A stretch of 64,000 nt of DNA from assembly GCA_951406725.2 (NCBI GenBank), contig OX597823.1, forward strand, positions 70,494,001 through 70,558,000, given 5' to 3'. Below are positions 1-13,348 of the stretch, one piece after another. The notes beneath the pieces were generated by a model. It saw only the letters and a program-made list of their open reading frames with translations. It was not told where the DNA came from and did not search any database. The DNA comes from Octopus vulgaris (taxonomy: Eukaryota). A program made the translations under genes and the position numbers. Within the stretch, counting starts at the first letter, position 1, and each line of letters opens with the position of its first letter.

Positions 1-209
1 GAGATAGTAGACCCCTTCATCCCACCATATAAAAGAATTTCAATTTAAATACTTACTACTTATATTTAAATTAAAATTCTAAATGAAAATATATATTTCC
101 TCATTGAGAATAATTTGAACCCCTGTTATGCCGGAATTTTTATTCCCTAACAAATTAAATATATATATATATATGTATATATAAGCATTTTTTGTTTTTG
201 TTTTTGTAG

Positions 210-395
210 AACAATCCTCGACCAGAGTCAGCAAAATGCGTTCCACCCAGGCCTGCATATGGTCGGCGTCAGTTTAACAATATAATGAACAACTCTTCTG
301 TTGGTGTAGCCAAGTATACTTTCGGCAGTTATTCTCAGGCATATGGGACAATTACTGCAAGCGGCCTAGCTGCTTTGAATAAGAAAAAATATTGA
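210..395 (+). CDS. MAPK15: Terminal coding exon of a probable MAPK15/ERK7-like kinase (upstream exons outside window)
   Basis: Polypyrimidine tract plus AG at 208-209, then 61 open codons NNPRPESAKCVPPRPAYGRRQF...FGSYSQAYGTITASGLAALNKKKY and TGA at 393-395. The GRRxF...GxYSQAYGT motif matches my recollection of the MAPK15 C-terminus (GRRMF...GGYSQAYGTV). Confidence 0.7.
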   Translation, partial: NNPRPESAKCVPPRPAYGRRQFNNIMNNSSVGVAKYTFGSYSQAYGTITASGLAALNKKKY

Positions 396-612
396 TGTTT
401 ATTTTATATTTATTCTACTTCATTTTTGTGTGAGAAGCTTTGAAAGCAGAATATTTTATTGATTTCTCTATACCATTACATTATATTCATAAAAAAGATA
501 TCTTTTAAGACTGTAATTATAACTGTAAACAATAATCTTGTGTACTTGTACTCAAAACATCTTGCATTTTATTTTGAATTAATATTGAATCAAGTTATAT
601 ATATACTACAGA

Positions 613-618
613 AATAAA
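613..618 (+). promoter_or_regulatory. Candidate polyadenylation signal for the MAPK15-like gene
   Basis: AATAAA about 220 nt after the stop codon, followed by T/GT-rich sequence. Confidence 0.4.
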
Positions 619-924
619 TCTGTGTTACATTGGTTTTTATTCGTCATATTGACCAATCAAAAAAACAAAAAAGTTGTTTTGTTTTGATAAGTAGTATCAT
701 TACATATATAAACGCACTCCTCTGCCATCAATCAAGGCCTTAAATCTAAACTACCAACAGCTGGTACAATGTGGACATAGACCTTGGAAAGGAGTCACTC
801 TCTGTCAACAATTCACCATCACAATATCTATAGACAGCTATAACAAGGTGGTTGGTGTTGGGAAGGGCATTCAGCCATGGAAACCAAGTCAAACCAGATT
901 GGAACCTGGTGTGGCTCTCCTGCT

Positions 925-1290
925 TGCCTACACTCGCCTCCTTATGAGAGCTCAAAATCTCTCGTGGAAGCGCCATCCAACCAAAATGCAAATATATGGG
1001 AAACTACCACCTGTGTCATCTCTTGTGAAAGGTAGGAGAGTCCAGTTTGCTGGACATTGTTGTAGAGCTGAAAAAGAAGTAATTTCTACTTTTCTCCTCT
1101 GGAAGCCATCTACTTGCAATACCAGAGGGCGCACACTCTCCTACCCTGATGTAATCTCCAGGGATACAGGCATCCAGCAACAGGACCTCCGTAATGCCAT
1201 GATGGACCGTGAAGTCTGGCGTAGCATGGTAAATTCCATTGTCTCGACCACGGTTGAACAATGATGATGAGGACGATGAAGGTGATAAAG
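925..1290 (+). mobile_element. 5'-truncated RTE-clade LINE 3' end
   Basis: LLMRAQNLSW...RRVQFAGHCCR...DREVWRSMV is a typical RTE ORF C-terminus; a (TGA)n-like tail follows the stop codon. Confidence 0.8.
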
Positions 1291-1440
1291 AAATGTGGAG
1301 AATTCTTTTATGCATTGCACAGAGTCTGCAAACCCTCTTGCTTCCCAAATTTAAACAGTACTTTTTGATGACCTTGCTGACAGTGCTAGCTCTCAACCTA
1401 TCTCATTCATGTCCAACACCTCGAAGTTGAGGAAGCAGTT

Positions 1441-1833
1441 ACTCTTTTACTTGTTTCAGTCATTTGACTGTGGCCATGCTGGAGCACCACCTTTAGTCGA
1501 GCAAATCGACCCCAAGACTTATTCTTTGTAAGCCCAGTACTTATTCTATCGGTCTCTTTTGCCGAACTGCTAAGTTATGGGGATGTAAACACACCAGCAT
1601 TGGTTGTCAAGTGGTGGGGACAAACATAGACACACAAACATATACACACACATACATATATATATACATATAAAAGATGGGCTTCTTTCAGTTTCTGTCT
1701 ACCAAATTTACTCATAAGGCTTTGGTCGACTCGAGGCTCTAGTAGAAGACACTTGCCCAAGGTGCCACGCAGTGGGACCGAACCTGGAACCATGTGGTTC
1801 GTAAGCAAGCTACTTACCACACAGCCACTCCTG
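1441..1833 (-). mobile_element. SINE family A (tRNA-like head, CORE-like CCTTGGGCAAG, internal TA/TG microsatellite)
   Basis: Near-full copy; homologous copies at 2322-2610, 36466-36830 and 54963-56510, with decayed ones near 19340-19520 and 38600-38747. Confidence 0.85.
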
Positions 1834-2321
1834 TTCATAATCACATTCTTTCTTTCTCACAATTTCTGTTTTTCTCCATCTGTTGCTCTCCCCTACACTT
1901 CATATGATAATGTATGGATACATACATACATACATACATACATACATACATACATACATACATACATACATAATACATGCACACATGCATGCTTACACAC
2001 ACACACACACATGCACACATACCTACACACTGCCAAAGTACCAGTCACAAAACCAGAAAAATAATATTAACCACAAGTTCACAGCTACAAGTTTCCAAAA
2101 GCACTGTCAAAATATGTAAACAATTAAAAAATCTAACAAGTTATAGAATCAACACATGCAATGACTTTCATGCCTACATTAATGTGTCCATGTACATATG
2201 TATATGTATATACATTCTTATATGCATGCCTGTGTGAATGCATGTGAGCATACATACAAATGCTTATTCACATATACATGCATTTCTGTCTGTCCGCCCC
2301 CCCCTCTCTCAAATTGCCGAT

Positions 2322-2610
2322 CAAAGCCTTGTGAGTGGATTTGGAAGATGGAAACTGGAAGAAGCCCGTCGTATACACACACACACACACACACACATAT
2401 TTTTGTGTGTGTGTGCTTGTGTTTGTCCATCCACCATCGCTTGACAACTGATGCTGGTGTGTTTATATCCTCATAACTTAGCGTTTCGGCAAAAGGGAGT
2501 GATAGACTACATACTAGGCTTACAAAGAATAAGTCCAGGTGTCGCTTTCTTTGACTAAAAGGCATTGCACCAGCATGGCCACAGTCAAAATGACTGAAAC
2601 GAGTAAAAAA
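2322..2610 (+). mobile_element. SINE family A, 5'-truncated
   Basis: Matches the 3' two-thirds of the 1441-1833 copy. Confidence 0.8.
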
Positions 2611-2642
2611 TAAAAGAATCAAAGAATATATATATATATATA

Positions 2643-4164
2643 AAATGAGACAACAAAGTCAAGGCTGTGTGGAATTTTCAGGACATTTATAAAGAGAAAG
2701 TTAGTCTTACAGCTGTTTTTGGGATATTAGGGATATCCCTTCACCAGAGACGATGTGAGATAGTTAAATGGAGGGAAATTTTAGAGTTCAATATCAGCAG
2801 TTATTTTGGAAAAGGAAGCAAATAAGGAGTATATAGGGAAACAAGAGAATGATTGTAGAAATAAAAATAAAAATATATACAAATGTTATAGTTGCAGTTT
2901 CATACCATAAAACGGATCACTTCATCATCTAAATTGCACATTTTCTCTGATGAAACGGGAAATATGTACCCTATTACTATCGAGGAATACAACAAATTCA
3001 TCAAGAAGGAATTCTACAAGTCTTATAAACTAGCACTGACATCTGCCTTTGACAACATCAACACCAACCATTGCAGGCTTATGAACAAATTACATGTGAC
3101 GACTGCACAGAACCCTACTGCCCTACATCTCCACACTTCAACCATAAAAATCATAAGATGGACTTCATAACTAAACCATCGATACACTTCATACTGGGAA
3201 GAATAAGCAAAAATATTTTAGATAAAATAATACCAATTGTCAAGGAAAAATTGAAGTCAACTTATGGTCCTGTACAGGTGAAGTTATAACATGGTTCTAT
3301 CTCTTAAACAACAAAAACTCTTCTTCTTTCCTACAATTCGATATAAATAATTACTACACTTCTATTTTCCCCAAACTTCTTAATCAAACGCTCCTTCTAG
3401 CTAGGAATCTAACTAACCTAGTCCTACTAGAAATTAACATAATCATTAATGCCCATAAACCCTTATTTCTTTTGAGGGCACACTTTGGTGCCGGGCCAAC
3501 CACGATAGCAATAACAATAACCATAACAAATTATTTGACATTTCTATGGGATCATCCAACTCCGCCCAAGTTACCGACTTCGTCGGACTATACATACTCC
3601 ACCAGCTCCAAATACATTTCTCTAACATCAAGGGAAGCCTCTACAGAGATGACGCCTTGCTAGTGACCAAGAGCGCAAATAAATCCTCTTTAGAACGAAA
3701 TAGGAAAGATCTACACAAATTTTTCTCTAGCCTCAACCTATCTATTACTTTTGAAAATTCCCATAAAATCACTAATTTTTAAGCCGAAAGTTTAAACTTA
3801 GAAACCTACCAATACTCTCCCTATCACAAACCTAAAGTATATGAAAGGATATCCTTTCATATTTCCTCTGCTACTCTCTAAATTATTGTAGGCTTAATAA
3901 GCTATGCATTATTTTCTAAACTCATTCTTCCACAGATATAACAAAAAAGAAACAATGTAAATATTTTGGTTTCCATTATTGATGGAAATTTGTTTAAAAA
4001 ATGGTTTATCCTTTATGTTTGAAGTCTATGCAGTCATCTGACGAGAACGGTTCCTTTCAAATTGATGTAATGTTTTCATTCAATGTTCAAATAATATTGT
4101 TGGGGTGTGCAGATTATACCGAATTAGCAAGGTGCCTCAATTTAAGTATCTATTCATCTGAATC

Positions 4165-4170
<6 letters not shown>
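2643..4170 (+). mobile_element. Decayed Penelope-like element with an inverted 5' pLTR-like segment, flanked by (TA)n
   Basis: Frameshifted RT: LQFDINNYY, FDISMGSSNSAQVTDFVGLYIL, GSLYRDDALL. An antisense HHR-like motif lies at 2704-2751. (TA)n tracts at ~2626-2642 and 4170-4202. Confidence 0.75.
2704..2751 (-). ncRNA. Degenerate minimal hammerhead ribozyme motif
   Basis: Minus strand GTCT-CTGGTGA-A-GGGATAT/ATATCCC-AAAAA-C.AGCT.G-TA-AGAC. Stems I, II and III pair, but the core has two substitutions. Confidence 0.6.
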
Positions 4171-4204
<34 letters not shown>

Positions 4205-4208
<4 letters not shown>

Positions 4209-4557
4209 GATTAGATTAGGTAGCCATCTATCGGTCTCGAAAGACCATAGATCTGTGCCTGGAGAATTTTGCGTTAGCTGCTGATGGGTGCAAGGCCTGG
4301 TGTAGCTATATAGGCACACACGGGAGTGGCAGTCTTGCATCTGCTGACTGCATTTAAAGATACTTTAAAGATGCTTCGAGCGCGCTTTTCTTCGGTGGCA
4401 AATCTCTCTTTCTCTGCCCATCGCTCCATCCCCTTTTGCATCATCAGCATGGGCGATCATTTACGACCTCCTTCCATCTCAGGACGTCCAGATCTATTGA
4501 CTTCCTATTTGTTTTGCAGACGTCCTTGAAACGAAGATAAGGTCGTCCTCCTGCTCA
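4205..4557 (-). mobile_element. RTE (BovB-like) LINE 3' fragment
   Basis: GRPYLRFKDVCK and a CHSRVCLYSYTRPC zinc-finger-like C-terminus; short (CTAAT)n tail. Confidence 0.7.
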
Positions 4558-4561
4558 TGTA

Positions 4562-4614
<53 letters not shown>

Positions 4615-4615
<1 letters not shown>

Positions 4616-5110
4616 GAATGATAGTGGTTGTAAAGGTTGTGCTGTTGAAATTTTTCTTACATGTTTTGTATTTTCCATAGCAACTTTTACTGGTTTAAAT
4701 CGATTGACGTTACACGTGTTAAAATCATTGGACAATGAAAGACTTGTCGTTGAAGTGGTGTAGCTGCGAATGGGGTTTAAATTTGGATGAAATTTGTTCG
4801 AGAATTTCTTTAATCGTTTCGTATCGACAATAGAATTTTTATGGCTGTTTGATAGCACCGGAATAGACATAGTAATTGGACATATCCTCAGGAGACAAAA
4901 GTAATTTTGATAAATTCTATAATTTTAATAATTTGACTAATGATGAATTTGTGTTGCATGGTATTTGATAAAACTGGTATTTGATAAAACGATCGTACTG
5001 CATTACCTCTGGATATCCTTGTTGCTTATTTTGATTATAATCACCTAATTTTAAATTATATGGATAATACCATACTAAATTCTGGTGCCTTCAACTTAAC
5101 TACCACATTC
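4615..5110 (-). mobile_element. Highly decayed Penelope-like fragment (RT C-terminus to Cys-rich linker)
   Basis: Broken frames give HPYNLKLG, IQR*CS and CYGKYKTC. Confidence 0.35.
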
Positions 5111-5237
5111 ATATGAATTTTTATATATACATATACATAGTAAATAAAAATAATCAAGAACAGACAGAAGAAATAATAACAACGCAAGGACGTGGTATAT
5201 GCAAAGTATTAGCAGACGCTCAGGGAAAGAAATGTGA

Positions 5238-5270
5238 TTTTACGTTTTGAGCAAAGCTCTTCTTCAGAAA
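5238..5270 (-). ncRNA. Degenerate minimal hammerhead motif in a pLTR-like segment between (TA)n tracts
   Basis: TTT-CTGAAGA-A-GAGC.TTT.GCTC-AAAA-CG-TA-AAA; the GAAA box is mutated to AAAA. Confidence 0.55.
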
Positions 5271-5423
5271 CAGGAGACAGAGGAAAATCCAAGAAAAAAG
5301 GAAGACGGAGAACAAAGATCGCCAACGATTCACATGTGGTTACATTTCGAAATGACCGGAAGGGAATAGTATTCATAAAATAAAATAGTATTGATAAAAT
5401 ATTGATAAAATAGGAGATGGAAT

Positions 5424-5471
5424 GTGTGATGGAATGTGTTTCGACCTGTTTTAAGGTCTCTTCAGGTACAC
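5424..5471 (-). ncRNA. Hammerhead-like motif
   Basis: GTGTAC-CTGAAGA-GACCT.TAAAAC.AGGTC-GAAA-CACATTCCA-TC-ACAC. Core boxes and stem II are intact; stem III is disturbed, possibly by the overlapping 12-bp tandem duplication. Confidence 0.5.
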
Positions 5472-5668
5472 CAATAAAAGGTATCACCAGAGATTTCTCG
5501 AGTTGGCGCGAAGTACCGTTATCTATATATATATATCATCGTCATCATCACTATCATTATCATCATCATCATCATCATTTAGCGTCTGGTTTCCCTACTG
5601 ACATGGATTACAGTATTTGACTGAAAGTGGAAAGCCGGAGAGCTGTACCCGGTTTCAGCCTGATTTAT

Positions 5669-5701
<33 letters not shown>

Positions 5702-5864
5702 CACGTATTCCGCATTGATATAAAAGATTGTGGTCAGTGGTATCTTTGGGAATAATTACTGAAGATTGCCGTCTAGTAGAATGTTCTCTTCTACTCGAGG
5801 CACAAGGCCCGAAAGATTTTGGGAAGGGACCAGACGATTAGATCGACCCCAGTACGCAAATGTT

Positions 5865-6800
5865 GAATGCCAGATGAGATCTCCCTGCATCCCCCGTCGT
5901 TCGAATGAAGGTAGTGCCAGCCGTTGGAGTTGTTCCTCTTATGCAAGCTTAGACAAGCCCGCGCCCATTCGGGTGGGGGGCAAGTGCTGAACCCGTTCCA
6001 GGTGCTGAATGTCTTTCTGGAGATATGGGTTTGAGGTATGGATGTAATATTCAAGGATGGGTCGAACAAGAGTGACGTATACCGGCCTAAAGACGTCCAT
6101 TGAAAGGTTGGCAAAGGATCGGTGAATGAGGAAAAGATTCCTTCTGGTTTTGTTCGCCACCTCGATACCCTGCCGCGGTGGTCTGAAAGTAGTATCGATC
6201 ATTATGCCGAGATCCTTTTCTTCAGTGACCATCTTAAGATGTTGATGTTTGTGGCCATTAGTCAAGGGAGAGTTTGGAGGTGAACCTATTGGCAAATGGC
6301 TGCATTTTGAAGCGTTCAAGGGCAGATCCCATTCTTCCGCCCAATTCCAAGCTCGGTTCAGCGACGATTGGAGTATGTCGTGTTGATTCCTAGGCGAGAC
6401 AAGTTTGACGTCGTCTGCAAATAGGAGAACTCTTCCATCAAGAAAATCTTGCAGGTCGTTGATATAGAGAAGGAAAAGTAGTGGCCCCAGCACCGACCCC
6501 TGGGGAACGCAGCTGCATGCATTCGTCTCCGCGGAGATCTCTCCATTTATCTGCACCCAAAAGGTTCGATAGCTCAAGAAGGAAGAAATCCACGAAGTCA
6601 CCAATGAATGAATCTTGAATGCTCGAAGTTTGCGCTAGAGAAGTCGGTGATCAACGGAGTCAAACGCCTTTGCGAAGTCCAAAAATACCACGCCAATCGA
6701 GTCTTTTTCATCCATGGTCCTTGTAATCCATTCTTCAAGAAGGAGAAGATTTGTTAGGCAAGATCTTCGGGGTAGAAATCCATGCTGCGAGTAGGATATA
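5865..6800 (-). mobile_element. CR1-clade LINE reverse transcriptase fragment
   Basis: FLDFAKAFDSVDH, VPQGSVLGPLLFLLYINDL, LFADDVKL, LVRPILEY and LERVQ, with in-frame stops. Confidence 0.9.
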
Positions 6801-6929
6801 TCTTTGTACCAATACAGATAATTGTATAATACTTTGGTTGGAAATAGCTGTGGGAATGACCTGAACGTTGTGAATAAAGATAAAGTCGAGTACGTTATTT
6901 TCCCCTAATTGGACGGGTAATGATTTGTT

Positions 6930-7480
6930 GAACTCCTCCATACTCTACCTGGATATGCTTCAACGTTTGTCTCCATTGATACTACCATCGACGAACATGC
7001 TGTTGTTAAGTACCCAGATGAATTTCTCAACTCTCTACAACCCACAGGTCTGCCAGCTCAGAAGTCGTTCCTAAAGAAAAGTGCACCTATCATGCACTTG
7101 AAGAATTTGAACCCACCACGACTATGCAATGGTACAAGATTGTCTGTAACTACATTGACAAGTCATGTCCTAGAAGCCACCATTATTGCCAGCTGCCTTT
7201 GAGGAGAGATCGCATACAGTCCACGCATGCCCCTTATTCCCTCAAATGTGCTCTTTCAATTCAAGCACTTCCAGTTCCTAGTGCCATTGTGCTATGACAA
7301 TCAACAAAGCTCAGGTTCAAAATTGTTGGTCTCAATTAACAAATACCCTGCTTTTCCCATATGTCACATGGTCTCATATGTCACATGCTCTCATATGTCA
7401 CATGGTCTCGAGTTAGCAGCGCAGATGACTTGCATATTTATTCTGCCAACACTGGACTTACGCAAAATATAGTTTACTCA
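6930..7480 (+). mobile_element. Helitron PIF1-like helicase fragment (pseudogenised)
   Basis: YPDEFLNSLQPTGLP...PIMHLKNLNPPRLCNGTRL...PRMPLIPS...AMTINKAQ, with a stop codon and frameshift. Confidence 0.85.
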
Positions 7481-7770
7481 GAAGCATTGTTGACTTCACT
7501 TAAACATATGTTGAAGTGTGCAGTCTGTCCAAACATTACAGGGATGGTGCTTTTCACAATGAAGAATCTTTCTTTCTATGTACCTTAGCTTCTGCAAAAT
7601 GGATACCTCTACGTCCTCATACATCATCCAATTCTTTACATCCGTAAGTCTAGGTCATTTTGAGGGCAATGTTAGGATTTAATTCTAATCTAAGTTGCTA
7701 TTCTACATGCTTTTAGTGTCAACAATATCAGCATTATTCATCACAAAATTACCGAAACACATGTTTCTAA

Positions 7771-7773
<3 letters not shown>

Positions 7774-7861
<88 letters not shown>
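7774..7861. repeat. (GA)n microsatellite
   Basis: Read directly. Confidence 0.95.
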
Positions 7862-7863
<2 letters not shown>

Positions 7864-8199
7864 CGAGGGAGATATAACCGAACTCTGTGACAAACCAGAG
7901 TCGACAATCCGTGAGTCAGATTGAACCCTTTTAATGTAGTCTTTCAGGAAACTACCAAGCCAAGAGTTGCAAAACGGACGAAAGCTATAGGTTGTTGTGA
8001 TTATCTTTATTATTGATGTTTATCCTCGGGTGAACCCTATTATCAGCGACCTTCAAATCTTTTCAAATATATTTTACTTTAGATTACATAACCCAATGTC
8101 ATTATTTTTTAAAAATACGGTATACGAACATAAGAATTATTTAGTTGCTACGTTAAGCTGATTAAGCAAGAACGTAAAATATTCCTCATTGAATTAAAG

Positions 8200-9280
8200 T
8201 CATGGGTTTAAGGAGGAGGGCTTTTATGATATCAAGTGTAATAATATTGCTTTCGCAGAGCTTAACAAGAGCGAGAAGCCACTGGTATGTAACATAGAAA
8301 AAGTCAAGAAGATGGAGTAAGAGATAATTACCGACCGTTTCTATTACCTTTTAAATGCTGAGAGTGAGATTGATAGACCTATAATTGGTGGAGATTGATC
8401 TTCTTGGAGATGGGACGGACAAGCATGTTTCCAAAATCTAGTGTAGATTATATGCCTGTAAAGACTTTACAGAAACACTGAAGAATATGGTGAGGATAAG
8501 GGCACACAGAGTGAATGATCTTGTTGATTTGAAGTAATAAAACCGTTTTCGCACATTAAGTGTATTTGTGATGGCTGGCGTGACAAGGTAGAGAAGTAAA
8601 GTAATGGAAGAGTTTTGATTCTAAACAAAATAAATAGTAAATGTGGAAGTTAAGATGGTTGTTTCAGTCATCAGTTTAGCTGTCTCTTATGGATCAAGTG
8701 CTAAATGCGTCCTCTGTTAGGGATAGTCAGCGTAAAATTAATTTGAGACGACATTGAGGTCAGGAAACCGGCATGTTTTGCTGAATGTGAGTATGTTCTG
8801 AAAAGCTTTGGTAGAGTAATGGTCAGATGATTTTATTAGTGCAGGGACGACGATAGTTTGGTAAACGTTAAGTTTGGTGCAGAGAAAAAAGAGCGTTATA
8901 GGAGTGTTAGATTCTAGATAAATTGTGAAGATTGTGAGAATGATGACTTCACAGTGAGGTTACATGAGATAATGTTCTCGATGCAGGAGATAGTTGAGTA
9001 GTTATTGTTCTTTGGCCAAGAGTAAATGGAAGTCTTTGTTGTTGATATCTCGCTGAGTAAGGAAAGCGGAGCGAAGAATGGATTCTAATCACCTTTCTGA
9101 GAAAAGTTGGAATACTGGATGTAGATGGGACAGCCGTTATAGGCTTTAAAAGTAAGCGACGTTGGATTTGTGATTTGGAGAAATGCGTATTAATTAGAAG
9201 GTAATGATCATGGGCTCAAATCGGAATGAAGTCCACAGATGTTGATATATAAAGGATTGATCATGATTTATATTTGTTTT
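8200..9280 (-). mobile_element. Decayed LINE (AP-endonuclease region, CR1/L2/Jockey-like)
   Basis: YINICGLHS (NIRGL-like) near 9230-9250; the rest is heavily degenerate. Confidence 0.4.
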
Positions 9281-10559
9281 CATCTTTCAAAATTTGAAGA
9301 AGTATTGGTGGTAGAATGCATTATGCTTATCAACACAGAACATAGCCAAATCAATCAGAGTTTACTGCTTCTTCTTATGATAACGGTATACCAATTGACA
9401 TGAATTTTCCCACATCACGTTACAAAAAAATGAAATTACCCAATGCACAACTTCAAATTGCTATGTCTTCCATCTCATGAGTTAATACGATCTACCCCGT
9501 CGATCCCCATGAGTAGCCATCTGGAAGTCATTGATTGAGAAGAAACAGCTTTAAACCCTGTGCTCACTGTGTGGGACGCCTGTTGTGATCTGGTGGAAAA
9601 TAGGATACAGGATTAAGCGTACAATTTAATTCGAAAGTATGTTACACCAAAACTGATGAGTTTCAAGTAGATCGAACCCCCCCAATCTTCATGCTCTCAC
9701 ATTCTTTTTATTAGTTCAAACGAGGACAATACACTGAGATAAAATTTTGCGATTGGCAAAATGGTACAGGCGGTCAGTTTTAAGAACTTCGGTGTTTATA
9801 TTTACATTTAGTTTGTGGGTTTTGTTAGAAAGTTTCAAGAATTTTGAGTTTTCTTTCTAGTCCTGTTGCATGTTTTGCTGAACTATTATTGATGTCTGTT
9901 CTAGAATAGTCATTATGTTGTTGTTTGATGTGTCTTCTTCTTTTCTGCTTACATACTATAATCTATTTTCAATGTGATTTTATAGGGAATTTAAGAACTG
10001 CAGGTATTTGATTAGATATGATTTAAGTTTACCGACTGGATAGTCATTATTTGGCCGTCTCCCGCCTCAAATGATAAAACGCATCCACAGATAAATTGCT
10101 TAGTACTTGTTGAAAAGTAGCATTCTGAAGGCTTAAGTAACATTCAAAAATCAGCTTTCTTTCTGTTTACTGTGCTGTGCTGAATAGCTAGCCAAATTTG
10201 AAGAAGGAATGATACAGTCAGTTAAATCGACTCCACGGCACTAAAGTTTAATAGTATACTTGTAGGATTTTGGATACTGAAAATAAGTTTAGTCAGTTAA
10301 AGTTTGTAGCTACAGAGTTTATATAGTCTCTAGTAGGCTAATAGTTGCATAAAGTTTAAATTTGAATGCTGACTGAATGGGCGGCAATCGAAGGGGAATA
10401 TATAGCTCTCTATATAAAGCTGAAGTTGTCTGTGTATGGCAGGTTTGGTAGCCTTCAACTAACACTATCTCCTCCGAGACCCTGCGGCGCAAGTTGATCA
10501 AAATTGAGAGTATGATAGAAGAAGGCTTGCTCTTCCTTCCGTAGAAGAAAGAATTCAAA

Positions 10560-10788
10560 TCGGACCATGTTAACACCAAAAATTATTTACATCAAAAAGG
10601 TGCTTTTTTTCTATGAAAATCCCTATTTTTTACGATTTTTTCACTGCTGTGTCACCGTTTTTCGGTGTATTTCAACCAGAAAAATGTTCGCTTAAAGAGA
10701 ATAACAAGCTACATAATGCAAAAGTTTTACTTTTCAAAAATTCTAAAGGGTCGAAACAAACCCGAGCAACGCCGGGCGATACTGCTAG
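10560..10788 (+). mobile_element. Non-autonomous Helitron 3' end
   Basis: GC-rich hairpin CCCGAGCAACGCCGGG (10761-10776), then CTAG (10785-10788) followed by host T. The 5' boundary is approximate. Confidence 0.65.
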
Positions 10789-12099
10789 TTTAATGATAAA
10801 TTAAAATTATAACTTATTGACCATTATGTGTATTTATGTAATTTATTCTTTGTTGCTGTTTAGTTCCCAATCAATCCTGAACAAGAATCCTATGATCATT
10901 CCGACCTCTTTGTTTAGATTACATTTTTAATGTAAAACCGAAAGGAAATATCTATTTTCTAACGAAATATATATTATCTAATATTTTGTCAACATGACAG
11001 TGTGTGATTTGAGGAGGATTTGTTAGCCGTTTCTGGCAGGTCCAGTAACCACTGAGAAAATCTCTTTAAATCAAATTTTACTCTATATTTCAATATGGCG
11101 GAGTTTGTACTGTAGAACGTTGGATTTTTTCTTAATTCAACGTCTACAGAAAATTTATGAAATAAATATCGTTAATATCTTAGATTAATTCAATTGAAAC
11201 ACTTCATATCCATAAAAAAATTGGCCAATACAAAAGAAAACATTTGTTTTGTGGTTTTATTCGAAATAAATAAGCTTATGTTCAAATAAGACAATCGAAA
11301 CGTTTTACATGTCTTCACACTTTCAGTTATTATAATCTAATAACCACTTTATTGAAGTATCACGTCATCATTTCTTGATTTTAAGCATGTTAATATATTA
11401 AGAACTGGTTTCTAGATGGATGCAGCTGAAATGAAAGAAAGAGATAACATGGTTTTACAATACTGTTCTCAGGTTAAGAAAGCAGGCACTTCATTTGACT
11501 TAATCTAAAACGGATGCATCTAATCCCATTGAAATAGTCACAAATCGAAGCATGCGTGTACTGCACAGCTGAATAGACTATTATCTTAAGACTTAATCTC
11601 TGAACATTTTATGATTGCTTGCAAAGAATACACTCTTTGTTGAGGATTTACTCATAATTCCTTTCGATTTGTGAAAACTATCTAGAATCAAGTTTTTAAT
11701 GTAAAATCGAAAGGAAATATCTATTTGCAAACCAAATATATATTCTGAATAAAGAGTTTTAAGATTAAGTTATTGAACCATATATATCATTATTTTTCTT
11801 AAAAACCAGCTCAAGTTAAAAAAATGATTTAGTTCGTCACTTTTATTAAAGGAATATTACGATAGCTCTTGAATGACAGTAAACGGCTTTTTAGGATCAC
11901 TATCATATATAACTTATACATAATTTTTCCTGTACATTTGTAAATGCCTTGATAGAAAATGCCGTGATTTAATACTTTGGAAAATTCAGAAGCTATTAAA
12001 TAAGGATAATCTAATCCACCGCTTTTGCAATTGTATCACAACTGTTTCCATACAGAAAAGTAGAAATTGCCGTGAAGTCATAAACTTGTAGGTAATTCT

Positions 12100-13278
12100 G
12101 TAACAATTTCTTTTTAAAATTATTTAGTCACCAGGTTGTGGAGGATGTGCAGCTCATCGCTTTTATAATTTCTGCTAGACTGGTGAGGTCATTAATTGTA
12201 CTGTAAAACCTGGGAGGCGCAATGGCCCAGTGGTTAGGGCAGCGGACTCACGGTCATAGGATCGCGGTTTCGATTCCCAGACCGGGCGTTGTGAGTGTTT
12301 ATTGAGCGAAAACACCTAAAAGCTCCACGAGGCTCCGGCAGGGGATGGTGGTGATCCCTGCTGTACTCTTTCACCACAACTTTCTCTCACTCTTACTTCC
12401 TGTTTCTGTTGTACCTGTATTTCAAGGGGCTGGCCTTGTCACTCTCTGTGTCACGCTGAATATCCCCGAGAACTACGTTAAGGGTGCACGTGTCTGTGGA
12501 GTGCTCAGCCACTTACACGTTAATTTCACGAGCAGGCTGTTCCGTTGATTTGGATCAACCGGAACCCTCATCGTCGTAACCGACGGAGTGCTTCCAATCC
12601 ACTGTAAAACCTTTGTATGTAGACACCTGCGGGAAAGATATGAGTTGAGAAGAAATTCCCGCTGGCCGGTGTTCTGTAAAGGAAGGGCTGAGCCGAGTGA
12701 TTAGTGTGCGGTCTTGTGGATTGGACACAATCAAAATGAAGGGATATGGCTCATGGTTAAAGAGGGCGTGGTGCGATGATGCTTTCTTGGATATGAGTAC
12801 TGTTTGTGTTTTCTTGCTGTTGAAAGGAGACAAGATAGGTGTATCTCCATTGGTAGATGTTTTTTGCCTCTGGTCATGAAGTCAGCGTGCATTTGGTGTG
12901 CGGTGTCTCGGTTACGGATGGATCATGCATGACTGGAAAATGTTAGGAAGACGTGAAAAGTAGTTTCACCTGCGTCAGAGGAATATTGTCGGATGTGGCG
13001 GCAAGTCATTGATGTATAGAAGTAAGAAAGTGGGGGGGGGGGACACACACAAAAACTGGATACTTGGGGTAAGCTGGAATTGATAGAATGAGGAACAGAA
13101 AGAGCTCCGTCAACATACGTGGCAATTATGCGATCTGATAGGAAGCTTCTGATCCATGAGGGTGAGAGACGGATGGAGATACGCATGATAGGCACGGTCA
13201 AAAGCTTTGCTTTTCATCAAATTATTCCAAGACGAGAGTACACTAGCAGGTGGAAGAGGAAACTGTACTGATGCTCAT

Positions 13279-13348
<70 letters not shown>

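Noticed and set aside
4035-4072. HHR at CTGACGA in the PLE 3' region
   Set aside because: No GAAA box and weak stems; too decayed to call.
10925-11745. ~50-bp direct repeat (about 10925-10975 and 11693-11743)
   Set aside because: Short, AT-rich and diverged, with no LTR termini or internal coding evidence.
12212-12290. tRNA gene (also 20064, 50200-50275, 62996)
   Set aside because: tRNA-derived SINE heads that continue into SINE bodies and are bounded by TSDs.
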